A stretch of 64,000 nucleotides of DNA, taken from Candidatus Latescibacterota bacterium (lineage in GTDB: Bacteria; Latescibacterota; UBA2968). Below are positions 58,712 to 64,000 of this stretch, one piece after another (position 1 is the first letter of the stretch; each line of letters starts with the position of its first letter). Made by a program: the position numbers and the translations under genes. The stretch is from the NCBI GenBank assembly GCA_965222605.1, contig OZ244960.1, forward strand, positions 4,288,001 to 4,352,000, in the 5' to 3' direction. Under the pieces are notes generated by a model that was not told the origin of the DNA, searched no databases, and worked only from the letters and a program-made list of their open reading frames with translations.

Positions 58712-61078
58712 CTATTCTTTTCGGAGAGCATCTACAGGATTTGTACAAGCAGCTTTCCAAGCTTGATAGCTTACTGTCAGGAATGCAACCAGCAACGCCA
58801 ACCCGCCACTGAGCACAAAAATTATCCAGTGCAAATCTATACGATAAGCAAAATTCGTTAACCAATCTCGCATGGCCCAGTATGCAACAGGCCACGCAAT
58901 GAGGTTTGCGACCATAACCAGTGTCAAAAAATCCTTCGACAGTAACATCACAATACTACCCGCCGACGCACCCAACACTTTGCGAATGCCAATCTCTTTT
59001 GTCCGCCGCTCTGCGGTGAATGCCGCCAAACCGAATAGTCCCAAACAAGCAACAAACATCGCTAATCCCGTTAGAATACCTGAAACATGTCCGCGTCTTT
59101 TTTCAGCTTGATATAACCCATCTAATCGACTAGACAAAAAATAGAATTCAAACGAACGATCCGGAACAAATACATCCCAGGTCTGTTTTAGATATTCAAT
59201 CGTATTCATTATATTTTGGAACCGAACGCGAACAACAAACTTGCTATACCAGCGCGGCGTCATAATAAACGCCATTGGCACAATCTCCTGATAGAGCGAC
59301 TCAAAATGAAAATCTTCGATCACCCCTATCACCTGTCCTTGCCGCTCCACATACGGTATACGCACTGTTTTGCCTAATGGTGCTCCCCATCCGAATTCTT
59401 CTATCGCCGCCCGATTAAGAATCACCGCCCCCTCTGCATCTGTTGCCCGAGCCTGTGAGAAATCGCGTCCCATTTCTAAGTCGATCCCAAGAGCTCTAAA
59501 ATAATCCGAATCTACCATCAATACAGCCATCTCTCTTGGTGCTCCACCTTCAGGAACTACGTCATATCGACGCACAAGGTCATCGGGGGGTATATTGCGG
59601 CCCGTTCCTATTCTCAATACATTTGGATTTTTCAATACTTCTGCTTTGAATGCATCTAATTGAGCGTGTACAAATCTTGATCGTTCGATTACCACTACAT
59701 TTTCCTTTTCAAAGCCCAATGCTTTGGATCTCAAAAATTCCAACTGTTCAAAGACTATACCTGTGCAAATCAGCATAACAATTGAAATGCAAAATTGAAC
59801 TACAACCAACGCATTGCGAAATACCACACCGCGACCAACCTTCTGTTCTTCCAAGGCTTGGACAGGCTGGAAATCCGACAATACAAAAGCGGGATAACAC
59901 CCAGCGACAAGCCCAATAAAAAAGGCAAAACCAACGAAAGACGGGAAACCAACCCAACCTTGCCATAAAGATACTTGTAGATTTGTTGCCATCAATTTAT
60001 TGAACCAAGGCACAGAAAATTTAACCAATAACAGCGTGATACAAAGGGCGATACAGGATAACAGTACCGACTCGCCGAGAAACTGAGCAACCAACTGCCA
60101 CCGATGCGCACCCACCACCTTTCGCAGGCTAATTTCTTTAGCGCGAATAATAGATCGCGCTGTTGACAAACTCATGAAATTCAAACACGCAATTGCCATC
60201 ACCAATACAGCAATACTTCCGATAGTATACACAAAATCTATAGAACCATTCTCTTTCCACTCCTCTTGGATATTTGAGTGTAAATGAATACGTGTGATAG
60301 GCTGCAAAATCAGTTTTGAAAATGGCACATCTGCTTTATAAAGTTGCTTTACAAAGGCGACTAATTTTTCTTCAAGCGCACCAGATGAAATCCCTTTGCG
60401 CAATAACACATAAGTATACTGGGTATTTCGCCAGGTATTAAGCGTAGTATTCGAAAACAAATCCTGTGAAACAGACATCGACAGCAGCGCATTGAATCCA
60501 ATATGCGAGTTATCTGAAGTGTCTTTCAATATCCCTGTTACTTTCACCGTAGGCATCGAATCTCCTACCCAGAGTAGCTTCCCCATAGGATTTGCATCAC
60601 CGAAATACTTCCTGGCAATCTCTGTATTAATCACAATCGAATAGGGTTCTTTGAGCGCTGTCTTTGGATCTCCCTTTTCCAGCGGAAACGAAAACACATC
60701 AAATACAGTGGCATCGGCAAAACAAAATTGACGTTCAAAAAATTGCTTGTTGCCATATCGTACAGATGGGTTTATGCGATAAAAGCGCACAGTTTTCTCA
60801 ATTTCAGGAAATTGCTCTTTAAGCAACTCAGTTAACAGATAGGGTGTTGTTGCCCTCTGATACATTTCGCCAGTGGTCTCATTTTCAAATTCACTTACAA
60901 TGCGATAAATTCGATCCGCTTTCCCATGAAAGTGATCATAGCTCAGTTCATCTATTATAAATAGTATAATTAAGAGACAACACGCCATACCAACGGCCAA
61001 ACCGAGGATATTGATCGCCGAATGCAGTTTGTGACGCTTGAGATTGCGAATCGCCACAAGCAGGTAGTGGTGGATCAT
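58712..61078 (-). CDS. ABC transporter permease (MacB/FtsX duplicated type)
   Basis: INILGLAVG, SYDHFH, RAKEISLRKVVGA, RRTKEIGIRKVLGAS, NPVDALRKE. Confidence 0.93.
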   Translation of the reverse strand: MIHHYLLVAIRNLKRHKLHSAINILGLAVGMACCLLIILFIIDELSYDHFHGKADRIYRIVSEFENETTGEMYQRATTPYLLTELLKEQFPEIEKTVRFYRINPSVRYGNKQFFERQFCFADATVFDVFSFPLEKGDPKTALKEPYSIVINTEIARKYFGDANPMGKLLWVGDSMPTVKVTGILKDTSDNSHIGFNALLSMSVSQDLFSNTTLNTWRNTQYTYVLLRKGISSGALEEKLVAFVKQLYKADVPFSKLILQPITRIHLHSNIQEEWKENGSIDFVYTIGSIAVLVMAIACLNFMSLSTARSIIRAKEISLRKVVGAHRWQLVAQFLGESVLLSCIALCITLLLVKFSVPWFNKLMATNLQVSLWQGWVGFPSFVGFAFFIGLVAGCYPAFVLSDFQPVQALEEQKVGRGVVFRNALVVVQFCISIVMLICTGIVFEQLEFLRSKALGFEKENVVVIERSRFVHAQLDAFKAEVLKNPNVLRIGTGRNIPPDDLVRRYDVVPEGGAPREMAVLMVDSDYFRALGIDLEMGRDFSQARATDAEGAVILNRAAIEEFGWGAPLGKTVRIPYVERQGQVIGVIEDFHFESLYQEIVPMAFIMTPRWYSKFVVRVRFQNIMNTIEYLKQTWDVFVPDRSFEFYFLSSRLDGLYQAEKRRGHVSGILTGLAMFVACLGLFGLAAFTAERRTKEIGIRKVLGASAGSIVMLLSKDFLTLVMVANLIAWPVAYWAMRDWLTNFAYRIDLHWIIFVLSGGLALLVAFLTVSYQAWKAACTNPVDALRKE

Positions 61079-61269
61079 TGGGTGTTTCCAGATTAGGATA
61101 AAGTTCGCTGGTAATATGAACAAACACCCTAAAGGAGTAAACAAGACGCTCCAGCGGGTGGTCGTATGTTTTGCTCTTGCCGGCTATATACGCTTTTTGC
61201 TTTTGGAGAATAGAAAATATCACCTAATGTTTTGCACAATTTGTGTTTTTTTATTATTACTCACTGATG

Positions 61270-61615
61270 TTACGCAGCTTTAAGGATTTGTAGTTCATGG
61301 AAAGCATATCGAATCGCCTTGAGATAGAGTCTTGACCTGAGGGCAAAGTGATTGAGTCGATGCTTGACTCGCAAGCCTTCCAAACGACAGGCGGCATAAA
61401 TGGCCATAAAACAATGATTGCTTTGCGTGCGCACCCGCTTTGTCGGCGACTTGGATAGGGCGGCATTGGACTTGAGCGTTTTGTGAAACGTCTCCACTTT
61501 CCATCGTTTCTGATAGATCGTTTCAATGGTTTCTCCATCACATGTAAGATCACTGCAAGCCAGATACATCGTGCCTGTGCTACCATCTTTGTTTGTAAAG
61601 ACTTGCCGAAGTAAA
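61270..61615 (-). pseudogene. IS701-family transposase, C-terminal fragment
   Basis: QVFTNKDGSTG..YL, YQKRWKVETFHKTLKSNAALSKSPT..RTQSNH; 5' part missing; ends in GCTGCGTAACATCAG. Confidence 0.75.
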
Positions 61616-61813
61616 TGGGGTCCTCAATTCAAAAGACAGAAAGGAACAGGTATATTGCTCGCGATGTTTCAAATTAGCTTCTTATGCTGAAAAATCAAGG
61701 ATAAATAGTAGGAATGACCAATTTACAGAATCGGATATGAACGGCGATTTCGAGTTCTCAGCATCCTGGACAACTCTTCTATCGACTATTTCCAGACACG
61801 ATTGCGGATATCT

Positions 61814-63835
61814 CTACCAGGTATGGATCCAGTGACCTCCCTCGGGAAACCAGATGAGGTCAACGATGGAGGAAACGACGATGCCGGCGACATAACCCAC
61901 CGTGATACCGATAAAGAAAGGGGCGGCGCGGCGGTAGAGCGCGATCCCTCCGATGCGCAGCAGGATGAGTTTCGCTGCCCAGGTGAGGAATAGCGAAAAG
62001 GAATAGAATCGCAGGCCACGTGTGTCCTGAAAGACCAACCCGAGCGGGTGAATTGGCCACCAGGGGAGACGGTTGCGCAGGAGAATCAGGAGACATGCCT
62101 CAAGGCCCCCGAGCAGCCAGACGATCATTTTGTCGGGATCGAAGACAGTGCGATCAGCGCGAAGGATGTCCGATCGCATCGCGTTGTAGGAACCGACGGG
62201 ACCTGCGCTCGAGCTGAATGGCGCAAGATGAAGGTTCTGGCCGCCGTAATGATAGGCGATATAGATGATGGAGGCGAATGAGGCGGCTATACCGACGACA
62301 AAGGCCAGCAAAGCCAGGCCAGAGAGGCGAGAAGGTGTTCTGGTCTGCTCGCCGAGAAGCTTGAAGTGGTGGGGTAGCGCGGGCCACGCCGGTACGCGAG
62401 CGTTACCGAAGAAACCGCAGGAGTTCACCAAGCCGATTCCGACGAGGTCTTTCCGGTCCAGATGCGCTGTACCGACAAAGCTTGTCAGCAGTTCCCCGCC
62501 TTTGGCTCCGTAGGGATTGGTGGTGGGGGGAAAGAGGTGGGTGAACCCGGTGGCAGCAGTGAATTTGGCCACGGTGAAGTAGGCAATATAGAGCAGGAGT
62601 GTATGAAACACAGCAACCGGATAGGCCATGCCAACGGCGTGCATCCACCCGATGATGTAAATCGTGGCGGCAAAAAACGCGATCAGTACAGCACGATAGT
62701 GCCTCCCATCACCTGCTATGAGGTTACCAGTGCGTGCCGACTGCCATACCTGGCGGAGATGCTCTCGGGTCGCCCAGACCGACCATATTACGATCAGCAC
62801 CATAGCGCCGTGGCTTTCGATCTCGATGATCTGTTCGGGTCGAGCCTGCTGGCCCGCCATGCCGACGGTGAAGCCCGTCTGGTTCATCATGCCCAGTTTT
62901 AGGGTGGCGAGAAGTCGGATAGCCCAGAAACTGAACAGAATATCGAGATCGCAGAAGTAGGTGAGTCCCACGATGGAAGGCAGGATGCGAATGGGGATGA
63001 ATGGGTAGCCTTTGGCGATCTCTATCTGTTTGCTTCCGATGCCGCCATAGATGCTCAAGGGCGGTAGTTCGTGAAAGAAATAGCCCGCTATATTGTATAG
63101 AATGACGCCGAACACAGCGAAGAATCCTGCCCAGAAGATCTTTTTTTTGAAGATGGCAGGCACGCGGTCGTGTCCGTCGAACCCTGAAGTCAGGTGGACA
63201 GCAAACTGCCCGAGAGGATATGTCAGGCGCTCGGCGTTCTCCCACTGCCGCTGGAAGAGCATGCAGAGGCAGACTCCCGCGGTAAACAGGGCGATGGATA
63301 CGCTCCCCCACCAGAAGATGGGTTTGATCCACCCGATCCAGGGTATTGCCATACCTGGAGAAAGACCGTCGAAGAAAGGTCGAATGACGCCCGTATCTGT
63401 GTCTGTAAACGCCCACCAGGGAATAGCGCTGAAAAGGACCTCTTGCCACTGGTTCTCGGGAGACGCGTAATAGGTCGGGGTCGAGACGATAGTGGACCAG
63501 TAGGCTGCCCAGCCTTCAAGGGCAATGCCGGAGGAGATCCAGGACATACAGTAGATGACCAGAAGCTCTCTGCCGCTGAGGGCGGCGGAAGGGAAGAAGG
63601 CTTTCAGAACGATATTTACAAAGAGCCAGAGGAAGAAAGGGATCAACATCGCCATGGGGTACTGTGACTTTACCAGAGCGGAAGATCCCATGACCAGGCC
63701 TGCGTGATTGGTATAGATGTGCAGGGCAACGATGGTGACCACACCCAAGAAGACAGAGCGAAGCGTGATGCGAGCCGGCCTGGGGACTTCGACGTTTTCT
63801 GTCGGACTTATCCTCGGTGTATCCAGTGCTGACAT
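61814..63835 (-). CDS. DUF6785/DUF6784-type (OPT-like) membrane protein, paralog 3
   Basis: YYASPENQW, RQWENAERLTYP, WWPIHPLG, DLIWFPEGGHWIHTW. Confidence 0.75.
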   Translation of the reverse strand: MSALDTPRISPTENVEVPRPARITLRSVFLGVVTIVALHIYTNHAGLVMGSSALVKSQYPMAMLIPFFLWLFVNIVLKAFFPSAALSGRELLVIYCMSWISSGIALEGWAAYWSTIVSTPTYYASPENQWQEVLFSAIPWWAFTDTDTGVIRPFFDGLSPGMAIPWIGWIKPIFWWGSVSIALFTAGVCLCMLFQRQWENAERLTYPLGQFAVHLTSGFDGHDRVPAIFKKKIFWAGFFAVFGVILYNIAGYFFHELPPLSIYGGIGSKQIEIAKGYPFIPIRILPSIVGLTYFCDLDILFSFWAIRLLATLKLGMMNQTGFTVGMAGQQARPEQIIEIESHGAMVLIVIWSVWATREHLRQVWQSARTGNLIAGDGRHYRAVLIAFFAATIYIIGWMHAVGMAYPVAVFHTLLLYIAYFTVAKFTAATGFTHLFPPTTNPYGAKGGELLTSFVGTAHLDRKDLVGIGLVNSCGFFGNARVPAWPALPHHFKLLGEQTRTPSRLSGLALLAFVVGIAASFASIIYIAYHYGGQNLHLAPFSSSAGPVGSYNAMRSDILRADRTVFDPDKMIVWLLGGLEACLLILLRNRLPWWPIHPLGLVFQDTRGLRFYSFSLFLTWAAKLILLRIGGIALYRRAAPFFIGITVGYVAGIVVSSIVDLIWFPEGGHWIHTW

Positions 63836-64000
63836 CTGTAATTCCCGTTGGCTGGATCGGTGCGTACCTATCAGACGATAAACGAGTCCCTGGTATTGTG
63901 CTGTCCGGAAAGGGGTTGCTGGAGAGTCTCAACCTTTCGACCAGGTGAAATCCTCTTCTTCCAGGGCTGCGAGGCCAGGCACCCCCCGGTGTACTTCCAA

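Noticed and set aside
63929-64000. Possible 3' end of a minus-strand gene at the window edge
   Set aside because: Too short to choose a frame or assign a product

Overview
A 64-kb bacterial window. Gene content (ExbB/ExbD/ExbD/TonB, PorV-like barrel, T9SS-type C-terminal domain, four sulfatases, three DUF6785/6784-type membrane proteins, a dockerin-like fragment) suggests an FCB-group organism such as Latescibacterota; this is inference. The window is a mosaic. 0-8 kb: Ton operon, TPR protein, MFS, nth, enolase-superfamily enzyme and sulfatase. 8.1-17.2 kb, the best candidate for an undescribed system: a four-gene operon (hypothetical protein, two DUF2791/BrxD-like P-loop ATPases, and a 1893-aa fusion of an Lhr-type SF2 helicase, a RecB/Cas4-like Fe-S nuclease and an Upf1/Dna2-type SF1 helicase), related to Shango and BREX BrxD/BrxHI but different from both. 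17.4-30 kb: comM, a HigBA-type TA pair, an acylase, sulfatases and an RND permease. 29.9-32.7 kb: a decayed TA, gene fragments and an IS110 whose structured 3' noncoding end is a candidate bridge RNA. 32.8-58.4 kb: carbohydrate and sulfate catabolism genes, including a SusD-less TonB-receptor/CTD-protein/PorV-like uptake module and an agarase-like gene split by IS1380 (TTAA duplication). Two recombinase-free gene cassettes are bracketed by direct repeats (28 bp and 21 bp). A 3' half of tRNA-Val at 58.5 kb marks an att site. Family calls come from motifs read by eye; no database search was run.
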